From assembly GCA_951406725.2 (NCBI GenBank), contig OX597816.1, forward strand, positions 4,650,001 through 4,714,000: a stretch of DNA of 64,000 nt. The letters run 5' to 3'. This document shows positions 27,305-40,199 of this stretch, piece after piece; the first letter of the stretch is position 1, and every line of letters starts with the position of its first letter. Source of the stretch: Octopus vulgaris. Lineage: Eukaryota. A program made the position numbers and the translations under genes. A model generated the notes under the pieces. It saw only the letters and a program-made list of their open reading frames with translations. It did no database searches and was not told the DNA's origin.

Positions 27305-27670
27305 ATCATCATCATCATCATCATCATCATCATCGTTTAACGTCCGCTTTCCATGCTAGCATGGGTTGGACGGTTCAACTGGGGTCTGGCAAGCTCGAAG
27401 GCTGCACCAGGCCAGTCAGATCTGGCAGTGTTTCTACAGCTGGATGCCCTTCCTAACGCCAACCACTCCGAGAGTGTAGTGGGTGATTTTATGTGCCACC
27501 GACACAGGTGCCAGGCGAGGCTGGCAGACGGCCACGCTCGGATGGTGTTTTTATGTGCCACCGACACAGGTGCCAGACGAGGCTGGCAGACGGCCACGCT
27601 CGGATGGTGTTTTTATGTGCCACCGACACAGGTGCCAGACGAGGCTGACGAACGGCCACGCTCGGATGGT
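27305..27670 (-). mobile_element. Young family A copy with three 62-bp units
   Basis: CpG-rich, near-identical units gtgccaccgacacaggtgccag... Confidence 0.85.
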
Positions 27671-27805
27671 GTATATGGAGACATATGAGCTATGGAGGGT
27701 AAAAATACCTCAGAGGAAAATGCTAGAGCAAACACCCTAGCAAATGCAAAGAGGTTTGCAGCAAACAACAGAATCTGCAAAATTGAATTAAATAAACAAA
27801 ACAAG

Positions 27806-27970
27806 CAGGCGTAGGAGTGGCTGTGTGGTAAGTAGCTTGCTTGCGAACTACATGGTTCCGGGTTCAGTCCCACTGTGTAGCACTTTGGGCAAGTGTCTTC
27901 TACTATAGCCTCGGGCCGACCAAAGTCTTGTGAGTGGATTTGGTAGACGGAAACTGAAAGAAGCCCGTCG

Positions 27971-28015
<45 letters not shown>

Positions 28016-28250
28016 GTGTGTGTGTAAATGTTTGTGTGTCTGTGTTTGTCCCCCCCAACATCACTTGACAACTGATGCTGGTGTGTTTACGTCCCCGTAA
28101 CTTAGCGGTTCGGCAAAAGAAACCGATAGAATAAGTACTAGGCTTACAAAGAATAAGTCCTGGGGTTGATCTGCTCGACTAAAGGCGGTGCTCCAGCATG
28201 GCCACAGTCACATGACTGAAACAAGTGAAAGAGTAAAAGAGTAAGAGTAA
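27806..28250 (+). mobile_element. SINE family C, full length
   Basis: Head, CORE-like segment and tail as at 22139. Confidence 0.9.
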
Positions 28251-28455
28251 ATCTATAGATAGGAGAATTAAGTATTTGAAAGAAATGCCAAAAGATTCTT
28301 CATTCTGTGGGAACATTCCAGCCTCAAGGGACCAATGTTTAATTACAAAAGCTACAGAAATACAAAAGCAAGAGAAAATGTTGTTCACCTGGGTACACAC
28401 GTCCAAACTGACAAGACCAAAGGGAACCCACCCATATATGGTAATAATCAAGAGC

Positions 28456-28875
28456 AAGGCGGTGAGCTGGCAGAATCGTTAGCGCACCGGGCGAAATGCT
28501 CAGCAGTATTTCGTCTGTCTTTACGTTCTGAGTTCAAATTCCGCCGAGGTTGACTTTGCCTTTCAGCCTTTCGGGGTCGATATATTAAGTACCAGTTAAG
28601 CATTGGGGTCGATGTAATCAACTTAATCCATTTGTCTGTCCTTCTTTGTCCTCTCTGTGTTTAGCCCCTTGTTGGTAGTAAAGAAATAGGTATTTCATCT
28701 GACGCTACGTTCTAAGTTCAAATTCTTCCGAGGTCAACTTTGCCTTTCATCCTTTCGGGGTCGATAAATTAAGTACCAGTTAAGCATTGGGGTCGATGTA
28801 ATCGACTTAATCCCTTTGTCTGTCCTTGTTTGTCCCTTCTATGTTTAGCCCCTTGTGGACAGTTAAGAAATAAGT
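28456..28875 (+). mobile_element. SINE family B dimer
   Basis: aaggcggtgagctggcagaatcgttagc head; duplicated body. Confidence 0.85.
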
Positions 28876-29356
28876 AATACTCAAGAGCTACAATTAAAAT
28901 ATTCCCATGCTCATAGACATTCTGATTCCTTCTAACCAAAACATTGCATGGAAAGAAATAAAAGAAACTGCCAAACCACAAGGATATTGGCACCAAGATG
29001 AAGAAATGTGGTGAAGAAATGTTAACACACAAAGAATGATAATTGAAACACTAGGTATGCTGTAGAAAAATTATGAATGAAAACACACAAACCATAGCAG
29101 AGATTACAAAATTACATATTTAAAACAAAAGTTGTGTTTGGTACAGCCTGTTTCCTATAGAAGTCATATGTTCAGTAGCATGACTGGACATGCTTTATGA
29201 ATAACACACATTTCTCACAAAAGCCATTCAATATCCCTCAACTATCATGGCTGTTACATTCAAGAACCTCCTGCAATAGGTGAAAATCCACATAGTAGAA
29301 ACAGTACTGTACTGTATATTCTTAAAAAATTATTTTTCATAATTTGTATATATTTA

Positions 29357-29732
29357 TCTCTCTCTATATAAAGCTGAAGTTGTCTGTGTATGGCAGGTTT
29401 GGTAGCCTTCAACTTACACTATTTCCTCCAAGACCCTGCAGCGCAAGTTGACCAAAATTGAGGGTATGATAAAAGAAGGCTTGCTCTTCCTTCCATAGAA
29501 GAAAAAATTCAAATCGGACCATGTTAACACCAAAAATTATTTACATCAAAAAGGTGCTTTTTTTCTATGAAAATCCCTATTTTTATGATTTTTTTACTGC
29601 TGTATCGCCATTTTTCGGTGTATTTCAACCAGAAAAATGTTCACTCAAAGAGAATAACAAGCTACATAATGCAAAAGTTTTACTTTTCAAACATTCCAAT
29701 TCTAAAGGGTCAAAACAAACCCAAGCTGCTAG
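29357..29732 (+). mobile_element. Non-autonomous Helitron
   Basis: 5' TC...tatataaagctgaag, 3' CTAG preceded by a short gggt/accc hairpin, inserted between A and T with no TSD. Confidence 0.7.
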
Positions 29733-31049
29733 TTTTATTATAAGTGCAAAATGACACCATGGAGGAATCGATGTAAACTTAAATAATAAACCATGATAAG
29801 TGAACCATGATATGATGAAGGATTACTGAAATAACACGGTTCACATAACACACATTCCTAAATGATCAAATCTCAATGAAATAATTTTTGTTGTATCTTG
29901 GGAGCATCATTACGCCAATAATAAACACATGCACTGGTTCTGTTTCACTTCTTTTATCATTTGTCCATTATTAGTTAACTGATGGATTAAACAAGTAGTC
30001 AGTTAGTTGCTTAAATAACTAAACAATTGACTAATAATAAAGAAGTGAATTTGAACCAATGTTTGTGTTCATTATTGATGTAATGACCCTCCCAAGATAC
30101 AACAAAATTTGTTTCAACTGATGACTTCACATCAAGAATCTTGCAAACGAAATACAAAAAGACAAAACTCAATAACACGACCCTTGTGCTACATCTTCCA
30201 TACAATAGAATAAACAAGAAAATAACACCAGAAATAACAAACCAATCGCCGTAGTGAAGCAAAATAGGTCCACATCTGCAAAGACTGATACTGCCCGAGT
30301 TTCAGGACCAGAAATGGTAAAGATTAAACTAAGGGCAAGGCCAAAGTGGAACTCTCAATACTATTAAAGAACAAATGAAGTGAAAAAGAACGAATCGATG
30401 AGAAATATTTGGCAAAATTTAAAAAAAAAACAAAACAATGTCAACCAATATAAAAACCAACAATGGTTTATAATTTCTGGCTGGGAATCAGAAACTAGTC
30501 AGATCTGATTTCATTTCCATAAAATCAATGACCAGCCACAGAAGAATTCTACCCAAATAAAGTTATTAAACAAGATACTAATATAAACAGCCGTCTGTAT
30601 AATCAAGGAAAAGACAGAATTTGGCCGATTCCTTTTTGGTTATGTGAGTTTTGGAGAAGAGGAATAACTAGCAATAATCACAGAGTGATCTGTTGTGACT
30701 TGTGCATCAACACGGAAATATTCTAAGTTCTTACCAAACTTGGTATATGATAATGACAGGTCTTTGATAGATTGCTTCATGTAATTCCAGACCAACAAGG
30801 AAATAAAAGCAAGCTATGCCAGACATTATAATCAAAAAGGTGAATATCTAAAGAGCACGCATGTATGTTTAGAAACGTTTTTCATTCGGCATGAGAGAAG
30901 AAAAAAAAAGAAAGAAGAAGAAACATTTTGCAGAGAAGGAAACTGAGTGTTATTAATGGAGAGCAATGTTGAAGAGGGAAATGAGTGAGGAGAGGGATGC
31001 GAGAGAGAGAGAGAGAGAGAAAAACTGACAGCAACAATAATTGCTGTAT

Positions 31050-31110
31050 CTATCATCACCATTATCAACACCCTCATCATCATCATCATCATCACTGTCG
31101 TCATCATCCC

Positions 31111-31146
<36 letters not shown>

Positions 31147-31185
31147 TACCGTCATCATCCCCATCATCATCATCATCATGATCAC

Positions 31186-31230
<45 letters not shown>

Positions 31231-31413
31231 TATCACCACCATCATCAAAAACATTGTCAACATTGACAACACCATCATCGTTGTCATCATCATCATCACC
31301 ACCACCACCACCACCACGACCACTACCACCACCATCATCATCATCATCATCATTGTCAGCATCATCCTCATGAATTAAAAACCATCATCATCAACACCAT
31401 CATCATCATCATC

Positions 31414-31447
<34 letters not shown>
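31050..31447. repeat. (ATC)n array
   Basis: Direct reading. Confidence 0.95.
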
Positions 31448-31802
31448 ATTATATCTCCACATTTTTCTATGCTTTCATGGGTCGCACAGAATTCATAGAG
31501 GCAAATTTTCTATGGCTGAAGGCTCTTCTTGGGGCCAATCAAAGAAAGGTCATACTTACAGGTTGTCGACATGTTTCACACAGAATATTGGAAAATGAAT
31601 GACACTGCTGGTAGGACAGTGACACTCTTTTACAACTACTATGCAATGCCAAGACAAGAAGACATACTCACACACACACACACACACACACATACACATG
31701 CACACACACACAAATGTGTACAGTGTGTTTGGATTAAATTCGATAGTTTGTATGAAAAGAAAAGAATCTATTTTATTATAAATGCAAAACAATACATAGA
31801 GG

Positions 31803-32400
31803 ATTACTATTTCTAAATCTCACAACGAGAGATTTAGAACAACAGTACTTTGGAGTAAAGACTGTTTGCCAACATAACATGGCAGTCCTGGTTTAGGATG
31901 AATGTTACTGTTATTTAGCACCAGGAGACATCGTCTCCAGGTAGCTATATGACACGATCTGTGTCCTTATATTTTCGAACAAGGGAATCTAGCACCCCAA
32001 CGCACCTCAAAACAATATCTGTGTATCATGATTTCCAGGTTATTTCCCTTCATCAGCATAGAATAATTGTTCGGCTAGGGGTGGTGCTGCCAAATTCCTG
32101 TTCCAAATGTATAGTTTTCAATAAATTAGAAAATTACTATTTTTAAATCACACAACGTGAGATATTCAGCAACAGTACTTTGGAGTAAAGATTGTTTGCC
32201 AACATAACATGGCAGTCCTGGTTTAGGATGAATGTTACTGTAATTTAACCCCAGGAGACATTGTCTCCTGTTCGAAAATATAGGGACACAGATCGTGTCA
32301 TATAGCCAGCTGGAGATGATGTCTCCTGGGGCTAAATTACAGCAACATTCGTCCTAAACCAGGACTGACATGTTATGTTAGCAAACAACCTTTACTCCAA
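31803..32400 (-). mobile_element. Family R: 330-bp tandem unit plus terminal inverted partial copy; retrozyme/Penelope-like
   Basis: tggagtaaag at 31851 and 32181 (330-bp period); 32270-32400 is inverted; contains an HHR. Confidence 0.8.
32019..32061 (-). ncRNA. Minimal hammerhead motif in family R
   Basis: ctatg CTGATGA aggg aaataa cctg GAAA tcatga TA cacag; palindromic ATCATGAT stem III. Confidence 0.72.
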
Positions 32401-32475
32401 TACACAAAGGAATCGACATAAGCTAAAATAATAAACCACGATAGGTGAACCGTGATATGGCGAGGGATTGCTGTG

Positions 32476-32529
<54 letters not shown>

Positions 32530-32718
32530 CATGTATGTGGGAGTGTGAATGTATGTCTGTATATATATACATATATTTATATGTATAAATATCTAAAAAT
32601 ATATATGTATTATGTTACGTGTATGCATGTAAGCCCCTATGCATATGAGGATGTGGTTTTGTTCATATATGTATATGTATATATATATGTATAAGGATGA
32701 AAAGGAACACACGAGTTG

Positions 32719-33060
32719 ATATATATGAAAAAATAAGTCAAAATAGAAAATGCTAAAATAATTTTATAAAGAATATTTCAGTACCGGTTTCAGTCATTTT
32801 GAGACCTTTTCAACTGTAACGACCTCGAAGCCACAAGTGTGAACAAGAGAGACAGAGCAAGGCAGAAACAATGAAAATGCCACTTATATTTGAACACTAT
32901 ACAAATATTCCTTTAAAAAAACATTTCTTTTAATTTTTCTAAATTTAATTATTTAATCGTTACAGTTGAAAAGGTCTCAAAATGACTGAAACCGGTACTG
33001 AAATGTTCTTTATAAAATTATTTTAGCGTTTTCTATTTTGACTTATTTTTTCATATATAT
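32719..33060. mobile_element. Fold-back element (104-bp arms) with a U3-A8 variant HHR in each arm (32779-32816 minus, 32963-33000 plus)
   Basis: cag TTGAAAA ggtc tcaaaat gact GAAA ccgg TA ctg; ACCGGT palindrome. Confidence 0.75.
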
Positions 33061-33072
33061 ATATATATATAT

Positions 33073-33283
33073 CTGCCAGCCTCGTCTGGCACCTGTGTCG
33101 GTGGCCCATAAAATCACCCACTACACTCTCGGAGTGGTTGGCGTTAGGAAGGGCATCCAGCTGTAGAAGCACTGCCAGATCTGACTGGCCTGGTGCAGCC
33201 TTCGGGCTTGCCAGACCCCAGTTGAACCGTCCAACCCATGCTAGCATGGAAAGCAGACGTTAAACGATGATGATGATGATGAT
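33073..33283 (+). mobile_element. Family A copy
   Basis: Core motif and (GAT)n tail. Confidence 0.85.
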
Positions 33284-33565
33284 ATATATATACACACATA
33301 TATACATGGGTGTCTGTGTGTGTGTGGATATGCATGTATGTATATGTACATACATATGTTTGCGTGCGTATGTGCTTGTACGTATACATGTTTGTGTGAG
33401 TGTGTACGTATGTAGACGTTGTCGACGCAGGAGGTTTATGTCTATGTATTGTGAGAATATGGTTGCATGTACTTTTTATCTTTTTTCTTTTCCCACCTAT
33501 TAGAGTTACGTCCCTTATATTTAACAGTTTGTTTTTTTGTTTTTTCATAATGTCTGTTGCCATTA

Positions 33566-33624
33566 ATTGCAGACGACAATGCATTGTAGCTCTTACTCCG
33601 GCATTCGAAACTCCGAGTACTATA
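33566..33624 (+). ncRNA. Degenerate hammerhead motif
   Basis: CAGACGA c aatgc...gcatt c GAAA ctc c gag TA; U4 changed, stem I weak. Confidence 0.5.
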
Positions 33625-33662
33625 ATGACAATCTTTTACTGCTTGTTCTGAATTATGACATA

Positions 33663-33704
<42 letters not shown>

Positions 33705-34107
33705 CATACATACATATACATACATACATACATATACATACATACATACATATACATACATACATATACATACATACATGCATGCATGCATACATACATA
33801 CATACATACATACATACATACATACATCATTGTCATGCTGACATGGGTGAGGTGGTTTGACAAGAGCCAGCCAGACTGAAGCCTGCTCCAGACTTCTGTG
33901 ACTGTTTTGGCAGGATTTTTACAGCTGGATGCCTTTCCATTCACCAACCACTCAGTGGAGTGGACTGGCGAGGTTAACAGCATATACATATATGTATATA
34001 TATATAGAGAGAGAGATAGAGATAGATAGATAGATAGATATATAGATATATTATATATATATATCTATCTATCTATCTATATATATATATATGTGTATAT
34101 ATATATA

Positions 34108-34152
<45 letters not shown>

Positions 34153-34486
34153 CCCAAATTTTATTTAATTTGCTTTGCGGGAAGGACTGTTTCAACGCAG
34201 CCGCATATTGTCCTTGCTTTCGAGACGTGGAGTAGATGAAACAGGGACAACTGAAGAAGGGCAATATTCTTTATGTTGCATGTCTCGTTTCTCTGTATTT
34301 TTTTCGTTGTTCGAAAAAAGTTTGTTTTCCATGTTTTCGTTTTTATGTTTTTGTTTCTCATTGTTTTCAACGTTTTTTTTTTATGTCCTGTACCCGTATA
34401 TGCATATATATATACATATATATGCAGGTATGTACATATATGCATGTAGATATGCATATATTTATATTATATAGGCCGGTGCTTAC

Positions 34487-34531
34487 CATGCGTTGACAAG
34501 AGGCAATGACCTCGAAACTATAGTCCGTATG
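34487..34531 (+). ncRNA. Intact minimal type I hammerhead ribozyme, U3-A8 core variant, GUC site (predicted cleavage after 34525)
   Basis: catgcg TTGACAA gagg caatga cctc GAAA ctatag TC cgtatg. Stem I 6 bp, stem II 4 bp, stem III palindrome ACTATAGT. Confidence 0.85.
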
Positions 34532-34701
34532 TAGTACTCGGGTCTTCGAGGGAGGATGACCTCCCTTTGCAAACAACACAAGGACACTGAGATAGTGTCT
34601 AAAGTCCTTCTGGTGACGTTGATCGCCTGGGGCTAAAAGCATCAGTAACACCCCACCCCCTCCAGTGGCTAGCCACATTCAGATGGCTGATACCCCTTAC
34701 G

Positions 34702-34817
<116 letters not shown>

Positions 34818-35119
34818 TAGAATTTTCTCTGAATTTTCAGATTTTTGTATGCTAGGCTACTGGTTTTAAATTGATATTAATTAAATTAATATTCAATTTA
34901 TCTCCCTCATTATTTAAATGATAAAATAAATATGTTCTCTAATAGGCAGCATTAACTGCAGTAAATTATTTACTGCGGAATTTTTTCCCGGAATTTTAGT
35001 GCGCCAGAACTAAGACATTTGAAATTAACACCAATGTAATCGGTGAAGATAGGCACGTGTCTGTTTTTATACGGAATACTGATGGTTAGCTTTACAAATT
35101 ACATTACCTGTGGAACGAT

Positions 35120-35192
35120 CACACTGACTAGCCTACGGACAATGGATTACTTAAGTGATTCATTCGTTAATAGGCGAAACCACCGGTCTGCG
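35120..35192 (+). ncRNA. Degenerate hammerhead motif (G8 substituted)
   Basis: caca CTGACTA gcct...aggc GAAA cc acc gg TC tgcg. Confidence 0.55.
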
Positions 35193-35360
35193 AGTAATTC
35201 TGGTTTTGTATTTAATTTTCATCTGTCTTGCCTGCATTTCGTTCTGGTGTCCGTTGAATTTTCCTCTAGAGAACATTCCTTTCTTTGTAGTTTGATTGTA
35301 GGTGATCTACTTCTAGCATACGGCTGACCACATAGTGGTTTTGCTCTTCAAATATACATA

Positions 35361-35610
35361 CATCATCATCATCATCATCATCATCGTTTAACGTCCGTTT
35401 TCCGCGCTAGCACGGGTTGGACGGTTTCGACCGGGGTCTGGGGAGCTAGGGACTGCCCCAGGCTCCAGTCTGGTCTGGCAGTGTTTCTACAGCTGGATGC
35501 CCTTCCTAACGCCAACCACTCCGCGAGTGTAGTGGGTGCTTTTTACGTGCCACCTGCACAGGTGCCAGAGGGGTCTGGCATCGGTCACGTTCGGATGGTG
35601 CTTTTTATGT
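35361..35610 (-). mobile_element. Family A copy
   Basis: Core motif and tail. Confidence 0.8.
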
Positions 35611-35806
35611 GGGGGGGGTGCAGGAATATAGGGGAGCACCAGTGGGGAGGGGTGGTTCAGAGAAATGATGACAGGTTGTAGGCAAGTAGAACGTAGGATA
35701 TCAAGAGAGGGGTAATGCATGGTGAAATAGCGTATATATATATATATATATATACACAAACTTACTGTTAACACAGGTGAATGTGCATGGTGTTTATTTA
35801 TTCCAT

Positions 35807-36132
35807 GAGGGCGCGTGGCTTAGTGGTTAGGGCACTCGGCTCATGATCGTAAGGTTGTGAGTTCGATTCCCGGCGACGCGTTGTGTCCTTGAGCAAGACA
35901 CTTTATTTCACGTTGCTCCAGTCCACTCAGCTGGCAAAAATGAGTTGTACTTGTATTTCAAAGGGTCAGCCTTGTCACTCTCTGTGTCACGCTGATTATC
36001 CCCGAGAACTACGTTAAGGGTACACGTGTCTGTGGAATGCTCAGCCATTTGCACGTTAATTTCACGAGCAAGCTGTTCCGTTGATCGTATCAGCTGGGAC
36101 CCTCGTCGTCGTAACCGGCGGAGTTTTTTTTT
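35807..36132 (+). mobile_element. tRNA-derived SINE family E with 14-bp TSD
   Basis: A box TGGCTTAGTGG, B box GAGTTCGATTCC, gtgtccttgagcaagacactt domain; TSD tttatttattccat on both sides. Confidence 0.9.
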
Positions 36133-37041
36133 TTTATTTATTCCATAAATGAAAATTGCATTAAATACTACAAACGTACACTTTGGACAGACACAAAGAC
36201 CCTAATTTTTCATCAGTTATCGACTTAAAATACTAATACGTGTGTGTGTGTGTGTGTGTGTGTGTATCTAACATGTGACCTCTAAATCAAACTTAATATT
36301 GCAGTGCAATGAAGAAAACGGAGATTATTAAAAAAATAGTCACAGAAAAGCTATGAGGTTCTGCACTTGTTTATCCGTTTCTCTCGTCCTATTTCTCTTC
36401 TTGATTGGTTCATAAACTTAATAGAAATTCTTAAGAACACTTCTCTCTCTTTCTCTCTCTCTCTCTCTATCCCTCCCTGTTTCTCCCCCCTCTCTCTCTC
36501 TCTCTTTCGCAGAAGATTATTATTAAATAAATACTTAATGCATCTTCCTCCTCGTTATCACGCCCACCACACAAACGGGATTTTAATAAGTCTAATCAGT
36601 GATTCCTTTGCTAATTTAAGCTACCAATTCCACTTGGGAACACCGGGCCCTTTCAACTACTCTCAACAGAGCCTGAGGCACATCATCACCTCAACTCATT
36701 CTCACAAAGATAACAATTTTGGTAAAAAAAAAGAAATTGCACAAAATATCGATAGAATTGGAATTAAGAGTAAGACTTCGCCGTGTTCCAAATCATTAAT
36801 TCATGCATATATATGTGTGTGTGTGTGTGTATTCTTTTATTTTTTTCACTTATTTCAGTCATTTGGCGGCAGTCATGCTGGAGCGTCGCCTTTTAGTCGA
36901 GCAAATCGACCCCAGGACTTATTCTTTGTAAGCCTAGTACTTATTCTATCAGGCGTAGACACACCAGCATCAGTTAGGGGGGGGGGGGGGCAAACACAGA
37001 CACACAAACACACACGCACGCACATACACATGCATATATGT

Positions 37042-37277
37042 TAGTTAGTTAGTTAGTTAGTTAATTTGGCTCAAAAGCAAATAGCAAGGCCATGTAGGGG
37101 GACATGGAGTTAAGTACAGGGTGGTGTTCATGTAAAGAGTTCAGGCCACTTGAGGTCCAGGGAGGCTTTGAACAAAGCGGTCGGCGGCATCTTCACCATC
37201 TCATCTGGCAGCTTGTTCCACGGATCCGCAACCCGGACGGAGAAAGCTCCTCTCCTTCGATTGAGATGAAATCGTCA
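37042..37277 (-). mobile_element. CR1-type LINE 3' end with (TAAC)n tail, nested in a family C SINE (36835-37410)
   Basis: RFHLNRRRGAFSVRVADPWNKLPDEMVKMPPTALFKASLDLKW (F..RV...WN.LP...FK..LD motif). Confidence 0.8.
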
Positions 37278-37982
37278 CAGAACAGGCTTCTTTCAGTTTC
37301 CATCTACCAAATCCTCTCACAAGGCTTTGGTTGGTCTGAGGCTATAGTAGAAGACACTTGCCCAAGGTGCCATGCAGTGGGACTGAACCCGGAACCACAC
37401 AGCTTCTCCTAAGAAAATAATTATACTCAAGAAACCGATGCTAACAAGCAAATTAATTAATATATCTTCTATTTTTTTTATCTTTCGTCTTTTATTTTTT
37501 ACATGTTTCACTCATTAGACTGCGGCCATGCTGCAGCACTGCCCTGAGAGATTTTAGTTGACTGAATCGACCCCAGCACTTAGTTTTCTTTTCTTAAATC
37601 TGTTACTTAATCGATTGATCTCTTTTGCTGAACTGCTAAGTTATGGGGACATAAACACACCAACGCCAATTGTCAGGTTGTGGGAGGGGGACACACATAC
37701 ACACATGGAAAAGTGAATGATATATGATGATAATGGTGGTGGTGGTGGTGGTGGTGGTGATGATGATGATGGTGATTATGATGGTGATGATGATGATGAT
37801 TGTGATATATGAAGAAAAGGGAGGTTATCCTTCCCATAAACAACATGTGCTTCTACATGTCCATCGTACCTGCTAGAAATAGTAGTCAAGTCTCTAAAAA
37901 TCACCCCACCACCACAGTATTTGTTAAAGGAGGAAAAAACGTACACATTCAATAATGAAGTTCTCTCTTGCTCCCCCTCTCC

Positions 37983-38056
<74 letters not shown>

Positions 38057-38095
38057 ATGTCTGACAAATAAAGGTATTAGGTATTTAGTAGCAAT

Positions 38096-38515
38096 AAGGT
38101 GGCGAGCTGGCAGAAACGTTAGCACACTGGGCGAAATGAGTAGCCGTATTTCGCCTGTTGTTATGTTCTGAGTTCAAATTTCGCCGATGTCGACTTTGCC
38201 TTTCATCCTTTCGGGGTCGATAAATTAAGTACCAGTTACGCACTGGGGTCGATGTAATCGACTTAATCCGTTTGTCTGTCCTTGTTTGTCTTCTCTGTGT
38301 TTAGCCCCTTGTGAGTAGTAAAGAAATAGGTTTTTCGTCTGCCTTTACTTTCTGAGTTCAAATTCCACAGAGGTCGACTTTGCCTTTCATCCTTTCGGGG
38401 TCGATTAAATAAGTACCAGTTATGCACTGGGGTCGATATAATCGACTTAATCCGTTTGTCTGTCCTTCTTTGTCCTCTCTGTGTTTAGCCCCTTGTGGGT
38501 AGTAAAGAAATAGGC
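38096..38515 (+). mobile_element. SINE family B dimer inserted in an R4/Dong-like fragment
   Basis: TSD atttagtagcaat at 38083-38095 and 38516-38528; the flank encodes AYALAIQEQEIATK on the minus strand. Confidence 0.85.
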
Positions 38516-38825
38516 ATTTAGTAGCAATCTCCTGTTCTTGTATTGCAAGTGCATAAGCCTTCAAAGTCTGATGTGATGTAGTGGACTTGATTCATGTCGT
38601 TGTTACCATCATCTTCGAGTCTACCAGAAACACACCAATGTATGGCTTCTTTGTTTCGGTATGCTGAGCATTTCACCTCCAGGTCTTCTTTGAGGTGTTC
38701 TAGTCCAGCTGATGTTCTTTGTCCCTTTTTAATTTGGAGTGAATTTTGATCGGCCACCTACTTGGCAGCAAGGTTACGATGGAAAGTATGTTTTAACCAT
38801 CGTTCTTTAAATCTTTAGAGGGCCT

Positions 38826-39886
38826 CATCATCATCATTGTTTTACCTCCGCTTTCCATGCTGGCATGGGTTGGACGGTTTGACTGAGGTCTGGTGAGCCA
38901 GAGGCTGCACCAGACTCAATCTGATCTGGCAAAGTTTCTACAGCTGGATGCCCTTCCTAACACCAACAACCCCGAGAGTGTAGTAGGTGCTTTTATGTGC
39001 CGCCGGCATGAGGACCAGTGAGGCAGTTCTGGCAACGACCATGCTCAAATGGTGTTTTTTTATGTGCTACCTCCATGGGAGCCAGTCCAGCAGCACTGGC
39101 AGTGACCATGCTCAAATGCTGGCTTTCATGTGCCACTGGCACATGCGCTGGTAAGGCGACACTGGCAACAATCACGCTCGAATGGTGCTTTTTACATGCC
39201 ACCAGCACAGGAGCCAATCCATGGCCCTGGTGACGATCACGGTCGCATGTGGTTTTAACATTCCACTGGCACAAGTGCCAATGAGGCAGTACTGTCATCG
39301 GCCACACCAGCGATTTTGATTTGATTTCACTTGCTTTAATAGGTCTTCACAAGCAAAGGTTATTGTCCAATGAATGAGGGGTACTCATAAGTGGCCTGGT
39401 TGTACCCCACATTCAGATGTGCTTTTAACGCTCCACTGGCATGAGTGCCAATCAGGCGATGCTGTCATTGGCCATGTCAGCGATTTTAGTTGAATATAGT
39501 GCCGGTGGCATGTAAGAGAACCTTCCGTTTCGCGACCGTTGCCAGCGCCGCCCCGACTGGCCTCGTGCCGGTGGCACGTAAAAAGCACTATCCGTTCGTG
39601 TCCGTTGCCAGCCTCACCTGGCCCTCGTGCCGGTGGCACATAAAAAGCACCATCTGTTCATGGCCGTTTTCCAGCTCTGTCTGGCACCTGTGCGGGTGGC
39701 ACGTAAAAAGCACCCACTACACTCACGGAGTGGTTGGCGTTAGGAAGGGCATCCAGCCGTAGAAACAATGCCAGATTTGACTGGGCCTGATGAAGCCTTC
39801 TGGCTTCACAGACCCCAGTAGAACCGTCCAACCCATGCTAGCATGGAAAACGGACGCTAAACGATGATGATGATGATGATGATGAT
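38826..39886. mobile_element. Two family A copies head-to-head (38826-39490 minus; 39499-39886 plus)
   Basis: Outward-facing (CAT)n/(GAT)n tails and core motifs. Confidence 0.8.
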
Positions 39887-40199
39887 AGTCCCTTATATGA
39901 TCAGTTGTGGAGTATGAATTAAGGATTTGTATTCTCTCCCCAAGATCCTAAGTTCAGCTGTACTTTGCTCAGTATGTATCTTGTTGTCTCAGTAATGATG
40001 GGTATAGAACTGAAAGTCTATCTTGGGGGCTGGATTTGCAAACTCTTTAATTGGTGTCCAGAGGGCAGCTGATTTTCACAGCAGAACATACCTTTTGCTT
40101 GTGATCTCACATAGCCAGTTGTGTTTTAACCTGGTGACTTATGTATGTATGTATGTATGTATGTATGCATGTCTCATCTATTTTTTAATTATTATCAAT

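Noticed and set aside
30115-30160. CTGATGA...GAAA motif
   Set aside because: No pairable stems I-III, and the homologous copy at about 11050 lacks the core.
35807-35880. tRNA gene (also heads at 21495, 57790, 60240)
   Set aside because: No proper acceptor stem; the sequence continues into SINE bodies, with TSDs in the 35807 case.
36367-37044. 225-aa ORF
   Set aside because: Non-ATG start; runs through CT/GT microsatellites and a SINE; no recognisable domain.
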